Assembly: GCA_964016885.1 (NCBI GenBank)
Contig: OZ024740.1
Span: 313,906,001 to 313,970,000 of the forward strand
Origin: Eledone cirrhosa
Lineage: Eukaryota
Direction of reading: 5' to 3'
DNA length: 64,000 nucleotides
How positions within the stretch are numbered: position 1 is the first letter of the stretch; each line of letters starts with the position of its first letter. The position numbers were made by a program, and so were the translations under genes. The notes beneath the pieces are model-generated. The model ran no database searches. It was not told the origin of the DNA and worked only from the letters and a program-made list of their open reading frames with translations. Below are positions 39,608 through 53,889 of this stretch, piece after piece.

Positions 39608-39702
39608 GATCTCGGTAGGCAGGAGGGAGTAGTTAGCCTTGATAAGCTTCAACAAAAGCGAAACAAGGCCTTGTCGGCTTATCTCCCCTGTTTGCTGAGA
39701 TC
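39608..39702 (+). ncRNA. Extended type I hammerhead ribozyme, U3-A8 variant
   Basis: AGCC TTGATAA GCTT CAACAA AAGC GAAA CAAG GC CTTG TC GGCT. Distal stem I GATCTCGGTAGGCAGG / CCTGTTTGCTGAGATC. Confidence 0.8.
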
Positions 39703-39792
39703 AAAGTAAGTGAATTTATCACTACTCTAAAACAATAGCTTACGGTCTTCAAAATGCTCTTAATTAAGCATAAAGTGTATTGCAAAATACAT

Positions 39793-39824
<32 letters not shown>

Positions 39825-40286
39825 GTATAAAAGAGAAAACACAGGTAAGCATTAAGAGAAGGATTTTATCCAGGTATTTACGACCGTTTCATTGGTAAGT
39901 GCAACCTTGTATTGCTATACTGCAAATAGCAGCCACTCAATTATAATTGTTGTTCACAGTCCAAATTTTCAAAATAGTAAGTTACTCTTGAAATAATTCT
40001 TAATATGTAGAGAAAACATTTATTTGGAATTGTATTTACTAGTATCGAGAGAGAGGAATCAGAAGGTGAGGGGATAAACGGAATAGTATAGAGAGAGAGG
40101 AAGGGGGAAGAGGTAGGAAGTAGAGTGACAAACTGAGATGGAGGGAGGGGTAGAGGTGGAAGGATTCCTTGGTCAGTTTTGATAGCAGACTTCATGTCGT
40201 GGAATGTAGTGAGTTAAAGAGAATTAAATTGATCATAGTGGGAGGGATGGATAGAGAGGGAGAGAGGGGGGGGGAGATATAAAGAG

Positions 40287-40352
<66 letters not shown>

Positions 40353-40684
40353 AAGATAAAGATAATAATGACAAAAATAAAAGCAAAGAAGGGGGTGAGA
40401 AAGAAGAAAAGAAAAGATAGCCAAGAAGGGGAGGGAAGGAAGGAAGAAAACGAAGAAATAGAAGAGGAATGAGGGAGAAGAGGGGGATATATGTATTGGT
40501 TTTGTGGGTAATTAAAAGGGTTTACATACAACACGAGGGTATAAAGTCTAAGTATATGCGGTTTGTCAGTTGCTAGTAAGAGGTTAAGGGTTCGATTTGT
40601 AGTGCGAAAACTTCTCTTTGAGTCTATGGTTACAATAAATTGATCTTTCGAGAACTGGATCACAATAAGCCATTTTTTGCTTCT

Positions 40685-40743
<59 letters not shown>

Positions 40744-41156
40744 AAGTCCATAGAATCGTTAGATAAAATATATACAGTATTTCTTCTCCCAATCAGCATA
40801 AATCAACCACACAAAAAATCATTTAAACGAGGCTATAAGTTTAAAATATACTTATGAAGAAACAATAGAAAAATGATATAGCTTCTTATCCGCACATATA
40901 GCTACAAAAAATTTACCTAGTATTTCTAATAACCTGTCGAGACATTAACCATACATAATTAAGCACAAAATCAAAGTTAGAAGAAAAAATGTACATAAAC
41001 CTTACCAAAATCATAAAAATATCTCTGCTCCCGGTGGTTTCATTCCATTTTGGGATATATCCGATCTTGGATAAATCAACGAGGTTTGTTATATATTGCT
41101 CTGATTATTAATTATTTAATTAATCTTCATTGAGCCACACCGTGAATGGTTGCCAA

Positions 41157-41199
<43 letters not shown>

Positions 41200-41235
41200 C
41201 TCTGTCTAGTTTGTAGGTATATACCCTTTAAATTT

Positions 41236-41367
<132 letters not shown>

Positions 41368-41820
41368 GAAGGTAAACGGAAACAATAATGCAAACAACGA
41401 AGAAATATACTAGTTTAACGCTTAATGTAGTAGGAAAATAGTATTTACGTTTCCGATACCAGTCCTTCATCAGAAGATAGAATGAGAAATAAAAGATGAA
41501 ATAGAAACATATATATACATACGGAGTAAACTAGTTAGATCTTTATTCAACAATGTACTCCATACATGGGATAGTAGAGTGTGACTATATTAGAAAAAGT
41601 CAGAACCCATCATTTGACCTTTTGTCATTTCAAACAGACATGCTGTGGACTGGCCATTTAATCTGCTAAAGTGATTGACGTGTCGGCAAATAATAGGTTC
41701 TCAATATGGGTTTATAAGCTGTCCATATAAGAGTAAAGGTTCTTTATAGTGTGTCAAAGAAAAATTTAGAATAAATTGATTATATTTTATATATAACTAT
41801 ATATATAGCTATATATATAT

Positions 41821-42183
41821 ACTAGACATGGAAAATGCGCAAGCTCAAAAGAGCCACAGAATGTTATAATTAACCTTCAAAAGTGTAGGACTAGAGTTGT
41901 TGCTCAAAAAATATTGTAATCATTATCTATCGTACATTCTGTGGCATCCTTTATAAAAATATCACAATAAATACATTTATGTTTAATATTACGTAATTAT
42001 TTATAGCTGTTATTACATTAAACATAGATGTATTTATTGTGATATGTTTATAAAGGATGCCACAGAATGTACGATAGATAATGAATACAATATTTTTTGA
42101 GCAACAACTCTAGTCCCACACTTTTGAAGGTTTATTATAACATTCTGTGGCTCTTTTGAGCTTGCGCATTTTTCATGTCTAGT
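41821..42183. repeat. Fold-back with about 165-bp arms, next to (TA)n
   Basis: actagacatg..gtttaat / attaaac..catgtctagt, with scattered mismatches. Confidence 0.9.
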
Positions 42184-43258
42184 TTAATATTTTTTTAAGG
42201 CAACGCTTGTAATAACTCTAGTTAAACATGATATATATTAATAATTGTTTCTACTTTTGGCACAAGGCCAGCTATTACCCCAGGGTATTACTGGTACTTT
42301 ATTTTATCGACCCCGTAAGGATGAAAGGCAAAGTCAACCTCGGCGGGATTTGAACTCAGAATGGCAAGGGCCATTATTATATATATATATATATATTAAT
42401 AATAAATTATCGTTGTAATATAATTAGATTATATAATTGTTATTATAAATGATCTTATAAATATTAGTGTAAGATGTATAAAAATATTTTCAGACTTTTA
42501 ATATAAACAACTACAAAAAACAATCAATGTTAAATAAGTATATTATACATAATAGAAAACATAAAATAAATAAACAATATAAAAATAAAATATTTACATA
42601 CAATTGCAATTATCAGTCTATATAAATGTTCTCTATTCCCTGAGCAAATTAATGAGATTTGTTCTTATTGCACATAATTTGATGACTTTTTGGAGTGTAT
42701 TAAAAGATAACAATTTGTGATTAAATTGGACATCAATACGAGAAGCAGTTATAATTATTAAACTACGGATGTTGAATTTATTTTCTTAATCCTGTATGTT
42801 ATTAAAAGGTTCCCGAGTAGTACAGTAAATTAAAGCCTTTACAAACGGAACTATGCAATGAAAGTATTTTTAATAAGTGTATCTCATCGTAAACGTATCT
42901 CTTAGAAATTCATAAATGGCTGTGTAAACCCTTACAGTTTAAAACAAAATTACAAACCAATTATGTGGCCATTGAAGTTGCTAGAAATAGCAGGCAAATC
43001 TTATACCCTCTACCACATTTAAAAAAGAAAGAACGAAAACGGGAGTTCTTTATTTGGCATAAGGGCGCACAAAAATGGGACATTACAGAACATGAATATA
43101 CGCTATTTTGAAGTGTTTAAACATTTTTTACAAACAAAAATTTAGAATCGTTTTTGTACAAACGATAAATTTAAAAATATTTGTACAAACTTTTACGATA
43201 GACTTTCATCTTATCTATTGACCGCCTAACCTTAACCCTAACGTCAATATATTACATT

Positions 43259-43875
43259 GGCACTACCATGCTAATAGCTGTCAGAAGTGAAAGTTTCGTC
43301 AACCTTCTCAATCGTAAACATCGTTTATTTCCGTATTACCACGCGTTATTTTAATAAAGCATATCGATGTAAGTGGAGTTACTTAAATGAAAATATAGGT
43401 GGCCCTTAAAAGGGCCAAACTAGAAAACAAATTTAAGTTAATTAGAAAACAAGTCATGGTTGTCAAATAAATTGGATTTAATCATTTATATTTTCATAGT
43501 CATGGTTATCAATGTAGAAAACAAGTCATTTTCACCAACAGTGGAGTTAACTTAAATGAAAATATAGGTGGCCCTTAAAAGGGCCAAATTAGAAAACAAA
43601 TATATGGTTATCAAATTTTTTTTCATCAACCCTATACATGAAATTGATAACCATGACTATGAAAATATAAATGATTAAATCCAATTTATTTGATAATCAT
43701 GACTTGTTTTCTAATTTACTTAAATTTGTTTTCTAATTTGGCCCTTTTAAGGGCCACCTATATTTTCATTTAAGTAACTCCACTTACATCGATATGCTTT
43801 ATTAAAATAACGATGTTTACGATTGAGAAGGTTGACGAAACTTTCACTTCTTACAGTTAATAGCATGGTAGTGCC
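43259..43875. repeat. Inverted repeat with about 250-bp arms
   Basis: ggcactaccatgcta.. / ..tagcatggtagtgcc. An extra partial direct copy lies at about 43541-43600. Confidence 0.85.
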
Positions 43876-44175
43876 ATTACATTTGTTTTAAAAATAGTTA
43901 ATATGAATTTTTAAAAATCATATAATGACGAAATAACAAAAATAAATGAACTAGGAAAACAAACAAAAAAACATGACGGATACTTTTGAGCAACACTTAC
44001 TCTGATTGGTTGAAAATTAGCCAATGGGATGTAATCACCACGGCCACGGCTAGACCTTGAAAAAAAATTGACGATCTACACATATATGTTAGAACACTAA
44101 AATGACTTAAACATTCTTACATATATATCGATCCTTATATATATATGTACCGATAGATAGTATTAGCAACTGGAT

Positions 44176-45170
<995 letters not shown>

Positions 45171-45272
45171 GTAGGAGGTGAGTTTTATTGTAGTACAATA
45201 AAGCAATGCAGATATCGGATAAGAAGCACTCTACAGTTTGTAGTGTTTTTTAACCTTCATATCATGTCTTCC

Positions 45273-45343
45273 TATTTTATCTGATGAAAACACAAATATT
45301 ATTGCATGATGATATTTGTTTTTGAAATGCGCATAATAAAATA
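45273..45343 (+). ncRNA. Type I hammerhead ribozyme
   Basis: TATTTTAT CTGATGA AAACACAAATATTAT..GATATTTGTTTTT GAAA TGCGCA TA ATAAAATA: 8-bp stem I, palindromic stem III, AUA site. Confidence 0.85.
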
Positions 45344-45539
45344 CATGGAACTCTTTTAACCATCTTTTGATCTGATATATTATATACATATAAATATATA
45401 CATATATATATATATATGTATTTATATATATATATGTATGTATTTATATGTATTTATATATACGTATGTATATATATACATATATATATATACATATATA
45501 TATATAAATACATATAAATACATACATATATATATATAA

Positions 45540-45580
<41 letters not shown>

Positions 45581-45609
45581 CATATAAATACATACATATA
45601 TATATGTAA

Positions 45610-45645
<36 letters not shown>

Positions 45646-45705
45646 CAAGGCTCTGATGCCATCAACACTATAACACACAGAGCTGGCATATCTAAGAACT
45701 GACTA

Positions 45706-45761
45706 ACTGCCTGATGAGGTCATAGCCATTCAATGGCTATCATCGAAATATATATAGCAGT
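45706..45761 (+). ncRNA. Type I hammerhead ribozyme
   Basis: ACTGC CTGATGA GGTCATAGCCA TTCAA TGGCTATCATC GAAA TATATA TA GCAGT. Confidence 0.85.
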
Positions 45762-45767
45762 AAATAA

Positions 45768-46261
<494 letters not shown>

Positions 46262-46271
46262 ATGTTAAAAT

Positions 46272-46331
<60 letters not shown>

Positions 46332-46338
46332 GTATATA

Positions 46339-46381
<43 letters not shown>

Positions 46382-46530
46382 ATTATTTCTGAAGACGGCA
46401 TATATGTGTGTTTGGTATGTATATTTAATCTTGATAGTTTGTATAATTTTGTATAATTTTGTACATAGATCTGTTGAATGTGCATGCCAATTCTAACACA
46501 TATATATCCTAGAAACGATCGTTAAATAAT
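46382..46530 (+). ncRNA. Probable type I hammerhead with about 115-nt stem II region
   Basis: ATTATTT CTGAAGA ... GAAA CGATCG TT AAATAAT: 7-bp stem I, palindromic stem III, GUU site. The base of stem II pairs weakly. Confidence 0.65.
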
Positions 46531-46587
46531 GAACTTTTTTTGTTTAATATAAGGAACTGTTTCATTGTTTTATTCATTATTTGTTTA

Positions 46588-46651
<64 letters not shown>

Positions 46652-46859
46652 CTCTTTTGTATAGCAAACTGTGTCACTCTTTCTTGATTTATCATTACTC
46701 CAAGTGTAAACAACATAGAATCACCGCGTACTCGCCACATCACTATGGAAACGCCTTGTTGAGTCAAACTTAGCCAAGCGTTGATACGATCCACTACTCG
46801 GTGTACCCTAACTGGACTACACTTAAGTGGACTACCTATAACAATAATCTGTTATCTCG

Positions 46860-46986
<127 letters not shown>

Positions 46987-47009
46987 CAACTAGATGTAGA
47001 TTGACATAT

Positions 47010-47311
47010 ATATAAAATAAACATAGGAAATAATCACAGGGAATAATTTGTAAAGTATGTGAGCACACACACCTAGGTAGGTAACTAATTAAAGTTTAAC
47101 TAGAACTTCAAATATAGATACCTGTTAAAATGATTAATCTCATTTGTATATATTTCTTTAAATATAAAATATATTTCACCAATTAATCATTTTAACAGGT
47201 ATCTATATTTGAAGTTCTAGTTAAACTTTAATTAGTTACCTACCTAGGTGTGTGTGTGCTCACATACTTTACAAATTATTCCCTGTGATTGTTTCATATG
47301 TTTATTTTATA
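47010..47311. repeat. Fold-back with about 130-bp arms between (TA)n runs
   Basis: ataaaataaacat..aaaatgattaat / attaatcatttt..atgtttattttat. Confidence 0.9.
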
Positions 47312-47386
47312 TATATATAATTATGGTAATTGGGAGAGGTAATGTTGTATATATATTATCAAATGATTCTATGGACATACTTTATA

Positions 47387-47431
<45 letters not shown>

Positions 47432-47434
<3 letters not shown>

Positions 47435-47617
47435 CGAAGGAATTGTGGTAAGGAACCAGATGGACCATAACGCACCAGAGTACTCAATACATAGGGTAGT
47501 AGAGTGAGTAATAGAAAAAAGTATGACCCCGACGGCTATTTTTGGACTAGAAATAGTAGTCCAGAAATAGCCGTGGAAACGGCTTGAGCTCTGCCGTCGG
47601 GGTCATACTTTTTCCTA
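47432..47617 (-). mobile_element. Short HHR-derived fold-back element (family also at 54080-54275, 54821-54993 and 61200-61260)
   Basis: Shared tail gtattgagtac..ttccttcgtta-(TA)n and head ..AGTCCAGAAATAGCCG TC GAAA CGGC..GCCG TC GGGGTC. Confidence 0.75.
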
Positions 47618-47659
47618 TATATATATATATTATGAATTTAGTTTCCATTTATTTAATAT

Positions 47660-47730
<71 letters not shown>

Positions 47731-47768
47731 CTATGCATATTTGTATAATGCTATGCCTGAAGTGAAAT

Positions 47769-47808
<40 letters not shown>

Positions 47809-47836
47809 ATTTCACTTCAGGCATAGCGTTATTATC

Positions 47837-47873
<37 letters not shown>

Positions 47874-47879
<6 letters not shown>

Positions 47880-48813
47880 TAGTCCTTCATCAGTGATCTT
47901 CCAACCATCATCGGTATTTCATCGCTTTAAAGACCATATACCTCCGGTTGGTGCGAGCAACGGCTAAAGAAAGTCGTTGGGCCACGTAAATAAAGGGAAC
48001 AGCGAGAGTGTAAACAAACAAAGATGGTAAAGCAACGAAAAGTGGGGAAGAACGACTCAAGTCCCAAATTTCCATGAATATAAGTTCGGTGAAATCGTGA
48101 ACGCGAGAGAATAAAGACCATCAAACCTGGTTGAAATGTGAGCAAGGAAGGAATTCCGCACAGGTCAAACGGGAGGAAGAAGGAGTCTAGTCTGTGAATT
48201 CGGTGAACATAAGTTCTGTGAAATTGTAGACGAGAGAGAGAAAAAAGGGGAACCGGCCTGGCCAAGCGTGCGAGAGAAAAGAATTACGCACAGGTCAAAC
48301 GAGAAGAAGTAGGAGAGGTAGTAACAGAGAGTGAGTGAGTGAAGGGTGAGGAAGAGGCTAACAGAGAGAGTGACTGTTAGAGAGGGTAAAGATACAGAGA
48401 AAGAGGAAGCCGTAAGAACGAAATAGACGGGTCATAGCGGGGGAAAATATATGTGTAAATATGAGAATAAACGTGTTGCGTGGTTGCAAATGGGTTACAT
48501 ATGAATAAAGTTAGTCCTTCATCAGTGATCTTCCAACCATCATCGGTATTTAATCGCTTTAAAGACCATATACCTCCGGTTGGTGCGAGCAACGGCTACA
48601 GAAAGTCGTTGGGACACGTAAATAAAAGAAACAGCGAGAGTGTAAACAAACAAAGATGGTAAAGCAACGAAAAGTGAGGAAGAACGAGTCAAGTCCCAAA
48701 TTTCCATGAATATAAGTTCGGTGAAATCGTGAACGAGAGAGAATAAAGACCATCAAACCTGGTTGAAATGTGAGCAAGGAAGGAATTCCGCACAGGTCAA
48801 ACGGGAGGAAGAA
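47874..48813. repeat. Direct repeat of about 310 bp (47874-48182 and about 48505-48813)
   Basis: Both copies begin ataaagttagtccttcatcagtgatc and end cacaggtcaaacgggaggaagaa. Confidence 0.9.
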
Positions 48814-49813
48814 AAATAGGATTTCACTACAGGCATAGCGTTATCCTAAACGGACGGTAGTCCGTTTAGTAATATTGTTGTGGTCGTGTTTTCGTTGGCA
48901 ATCGTCTGTTTACGACAGTACAGCGCGGCTCTACTTTATTTAACTGAGATAAAACTTATATGAGCATGAACAGTAGATCATTACGCATCTTTTGGCTTAA
49001 AAATCTAGAAATTTGGTCCAGCGGGAAAAAGTTTATAATCAAAGTTTGCTGATAAATCTTGTGTTCAAGTGAGTGAGTAGTAAGCGTGACGCTAGGGGAG
49101 GTAATCCAGAAATGACGAATTTTTTTCGGCGGAACTCTTGTGATTGTGATTACGTTAGTCAAATGTAGTCAAATCGCCGAATCCCCTCCTCCTAATTGAC
49201 TACTTGCGTCAGTGTGAAACATTACTTCACTTTTCACTGCTAAAATGCTTTTTAAATACTTCGTTAAAAATTTATGTTTATTATCAAACTATTTTTTGTA
49301 CCAATCTATCAATAGTTTGCGAAAATATAGGTAAACATGTGAGTTAAATTTTTTTTAATCGCATCGATCGCTTTGTCGCACCGACTGTGACACTGTCTGA
49401 CTGACACCTTTGTCGGACCGACACCTTTGTTCAAGCGGACAACTTTGTGTCACTGACACCTTTGTTCGTGCCGGCATCTCTGCGAAACACCGATGACAAC
49501 AATCAGACCAAAATTTCACTTCATTCTTCATTCTTCTTCAAGACCGATCGCCGACCGATCGTATTGGTTGCTCTTCATATACCAGGTATTCAACAGATAG
49601 TTTGCACTTCTAGTATTATTAACAGTCGTGCGATTTTTTGTACCGATAGGTGCGAATAGTGCGCTATATTTTTGTACCGATAGGTGCGAATAGTGCGATA
49701 GGTGCGAATAGTGTACAATATTTTCTGAGATTTGCATCCACTAATTTCGCTTAATTAAAAATGATGTTTCGCGGCTTTTTGATCGGCTTATTCATTTTTT
49801 CCATGGCACGGAA

Positions 49814-50552
49814 ATGGAGTATTTCCATTTCGAATCAAAATCACTAAAATCGGGCAATTGGACTGATCAAATTCACATTCATGCCAGTTTTTACAAATCC
49901 ATAATTAGAAATGTGGCGAAATCGAATGACCAGAAGGTATAAAAATATTAATTCAAATGTATTTACTTATCATACCAACAAAAATACTTAGTTATTTTGT
50001 ATACCTGGGGCCCGTCAGGGCCAGGTAATGTTAATCGCCAACATTGTTATCTGTTGTCCTTTTGTGAAAGTATTGGTGGTTCATGTCGGCTCTAATGATC
50101 TGAATCCTCGTCGCACCGTTGGCACTACAAAGCTGTGCAAAGTAATACAATAATTTTTGCCCAAGTATTTTTTATTAATCATTTATTTGTAAATTAAGGA
50201 CAAAGTGACCATTCGAGGCACAAAACAGGAAAAACAGGGGAAGAGTCTCTTTGCAAGGCTACAGAAAATAGCGGAAAAGCACCACTGTACACCCATTTTC
50301 TACAGTGGTGTCATTCCACGTTCACAAAGTGTAATTGAAAATAAAAATGACTTGGGCAAGAGAAATTCTCGTTTGGAAAAGTTTAATTACTGCATGAAAG
50401 AAATGATTCAAAAATTGAACTTACCCAATCTTCACAACATTGAAAATTGTTCAAAATTTGACAAATCTGACTTCAAACCAGATATGATTCATTTGAACAA
50501 TGTTGGAAATCTTAAATTGACACAAATTTTTGCCAATGTTTTTGCCACCTGA
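49814..50552 (+). CDS. Three-exon SGNH/GDSL hydrolase-like gene (exons 49814-49936, 49992-50141, 50199-50552)
   Basis: Two phase-0 GT-AG introns (55 and 57 nt) join one open frame: KSIIRNV (block I-like), IPGAR (II), VLVVHVGSNDL (III), SGVIPR, DMIHLNNVG (V). The start codon is uncertain. Confidence 0.75.
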
Positions 50553-50732
50553 TCCTTGTTCTATGGCTGACTGACTAATTTTGTGACTTAATAAAATGTC
50601 ATCATACTAGTAATGCACAATGGTCATTTTTAAATTTAAATTTTATTAAATAATTGTTGCTTGCATTGCCTTAAAATAGTAACAAGAATGTACACATACT
50701 TTTTAAAAATACATCATTATCAGTCAAATCAG

Positions 50733-51092
50733 TCAAATGTCACTAAAAGCCAGGTGGTCGATAACAACTTCTATAAGATTAGTTACATGCTCACACATTG
50801 GATCACCTCTCATCAATGGCATTGGGTGTCTGAGATAATCGTGGAGATAACTGATGAAGTCACAAATGAAGTGATGGTCTTCCAGTGTGAACAACTCCCT
50901 ATATCCATTGATATATGTGATGGCTTCCGATTCATAGGTGCATTTTATGAGGAATTCCATGCATCCGATTTTCAGTGATTCAATGGGCATTTTATCAGAG
51001 ATGATAAGGTATTTGACCACGTTTTGCTTTGTAAGTAAATTGGAGAGAATCACTGCAGTCAAAGTCATTTCTTTGCATGGGTTTTTGTCCAT
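50733..51092 (-). CDS. 119-aa ORF resembling a SPOP/BPM-type BACK domain
   Basis: NLLTKQNVVKYLIISDKMPIESLKIGCMEFL..INGYREL parallels the NL..EN...LILAD....LK...DFI...GW pattern. Recognised by eye only. Confidence 0.5.
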   Translation of the reverse strand: MDKNPCKEMTLTAVILSNLLTKQNVVKYLIISDKMPIESLKIGCMEFLIKCTYESEAITYINGYRELFTLEDHHFICDFISYLHDYLRHPMPLMRGDPMCEHVTNLIEVVIDHLAFSDI

Positions 51093-51365
51093 TCTAAAAA
51101 GTTAAAATGATAAAGTATTACTACTATATAACTTACATCTATTGTTGTAACACCATTGAAATGCACAAGTTTCACCAATTCACTATTATGCACTAATCAT
51201 CTCAAATGCATTCATGATTTACTAGCTTTGTCATTAAGCCAGTTGCCTCAACTAGATTGCAATTATAATCAAAAGAACTTTAAAATGTCAATCACTTGTC
51301 AGTAATTCACTATGATCATTTAATTATTAGATAGTTGTTGCTTGCATTGCCTTAAAAAATAGTAG

Positions 51366-52540
51366 ACCAGATAGAAAAATGCGTACAGCAAAAAAAAGTA
51401 ATATTGTTGAAATATAAACCTTTAAAAATACAGGACAAGAAACTAAAATAAAACTTTAAAAGAATAGGACAAGAAACTAAGATAAAACTTTAAAGAATAG
51501 GACAAGAAACTAAAATAAAACTTTAAAAGAATAGGACAAGAAACTAAAATAAAACTTTAAAAGAATAGGACAAGAAACTAAGATAAAACTTTAAAAGAAT
51601 AGGACAAGAAACTAAGATAAAACTTTAAAAGAATAGGACAAGAAACTAAGATAAAACTTTAAAGAATTGGACAAGAATATTAGTGGCAAAATTTTTTTAT
51701 TCGTTTCCTGCGCTATGCCCCAGTATCTTCTTGATTAGTGCATAATAATTGTCATGCTCTCATTGTGCGTTGCCCCTGAGCGGTTGGTTCTGGTTGGGGT
51801 TGGTTGGCTGAGCAGTTCTGCCCCGTCAGAATGACCATTGCAAGAAGAATTGGCCGATGCAGCTGCAGGTCTCCTCCAAGAATGCACTTCTGGTCCCGCA
51901 ACACCAGACGAAGATGGAAAAGACGACCGGGACAAGATGTCGACTCTGACCACCGACTACGGCACCTCCCTCAACCACCGGTCCTCCCTCCCTCTGTCCC
52001 GTCATCTCTCCAGTCCTCCTGCTCCCTCTTCCTGTACCAGAAAGCTGTGGCACGCATTCATCTGGACTGCCGGACTTGAACTCAATGACAAGATGCAAGG
52101 AGAAGATGGACGGGTTGGTCAAGATCAAGGATGAGCGGGACGACAAGACCGTCCGCTGCTGCTCAAGATCTGTGCTCATGGGCCCATGGGTCCATTCACA
52201 TTATGCATGACACATGAGGCGTGTCGCCGAATGATGAAATAGGGGTATGGTTATGGCCCAATTGGTGTTCAAACCAGGATCAAATGATCCCCGGTCTGAC
52301 GACGACCTCTGAATGTGGAACCCAGAGCCTATGAATGTGGAACTCGATTTTTTACCAATAAAAATTTTGCCACTAATATTATTGTAAAATTTTTTATTTC
52401 TTGTCCAATTCTTTAAAGTTTTATCTTAGTTTCTTGTCCTATTCTTTTAAAGTTTTATTTTAGTTTCTTGTCCTGTATTTTTAAAGGTTTATATTCCAAC
52501 AATATTACTTTTTTTTGCTGTACGCATTTTTCTATCTGGT
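51366..52540. mobile_element. Long inverted-repeat element with subterminal tandem repeats of about 34 bp
   Basis: ACCAGATAGAAAAATGCGTACAGC.. / ..GCTGTACGCATTTTTCTATCTGGT. Unit aaagaataggacaagaaactaagataaaacttt occurs about 7 times on the left and 2-3 times inverted on the right. GC-richer core; no clear TSD. Confidence 0.7.
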
Positions 52541-52568
52541 ACAAATATGCATTGAAATATATATATTG

Positions 52569-52636
52569 CCTTATCCGACGAACGAATGAGGACGTTTTTC
52601 GTATTCGTCTTATTCGGGAAACCTCTGGTAATGAGG
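52569..52636 (+). ncRNA. Type I hammerhead ribozyme (U4C, probably inactive)
   Basis: CCTTAT CCGACGA ACGAATGAGGACG..CGTCTTATTCGG GAAA CC TCT GG TA ATGAGG. Confidence 0.75.
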
Positions 52637-52662
52637 TAATTATATTGTATTGTTTATTATAC

Positions 52663-52706
<44 letters not shown>

Positions 52707-52791
52707 GAATTTTATTTCTCAACCTAGCACAGCTGATACATAAATGTAAGTATGCATAGATATATTTATATGTATATATGTGTATTTATGG

Positions 52792-52888
<97 letters not shown>

Positions 52889-53789
52889 TACTTATATTTA
52901 TATATATATATACATATATAGAGTTTCTGCTATCAACTCATGTCTACAGGCACACAAGTACTCACACACTGACTATGATATGTAATGTTACGTATAAGTT
53001 ACACAATCCTCTACACGAGCACACGCAATAACTTAGACACATCAATATATACACAATAGGTGTGAGGTATTATAAACCTACTCATATTTACACACATGGA
53101 CATACATATCACACGCACACATACGCACATACACTGACGCACACACACACACGCCCATACACTGACGCTCACACACACACGCCCATACACTAACACACAC
53201 ATACACTGACACATACACACACACAAACACACTAACTCATACAATGGCGCACACACATATACACACACACACACACACACGTACACTGACATACACACAC
53301 ATACATACACACACATATACATACACAGACACTCACACATACAGATACAGATACACGGGCACATACACTGACATATAAACGTATACATACACACACACAT
53401 ACACTGACATACATACACACACATACACTGACATACACACATACACACAGAGACACAGACACTGACATACACACACACAAATACCGACACACACACACAC
53501 AGACATACACACACACATACAAACACACACAAACACACAGACACACACACAAACACACACATACATACACACTACCAGACACACACATACACACATACAC
53601 ACACACATACAGGCATATGCGCTGCACTTAAAATTACGATCCTATCCCCTTTCACCTCCGCTCATTCAACTTCTCATTCTGTTCACTTCCGCTTATCCAC
53701 CACCGCTCGCTCCAAACTGCCCCTCTCCCCATACTTCCCACACACACCCTTACTTTTAATTTTGCCTCTCTCATTCTCTCTTACATTTC

Positions 53790-53889
<100 letters not shown>

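Noticed and set aside
39860-40690. Second PLE 3' region on the minus strand with GAAA CGGTCG TA half-motif
   Set aside because: No CUGANGA partner found and the protein similarity is unconvincing.
43224-43242. cctaaccttaaccctaac as telomeric repeat
   Set aside because: Only about three degenerate units, internal to a dispersed repeat.
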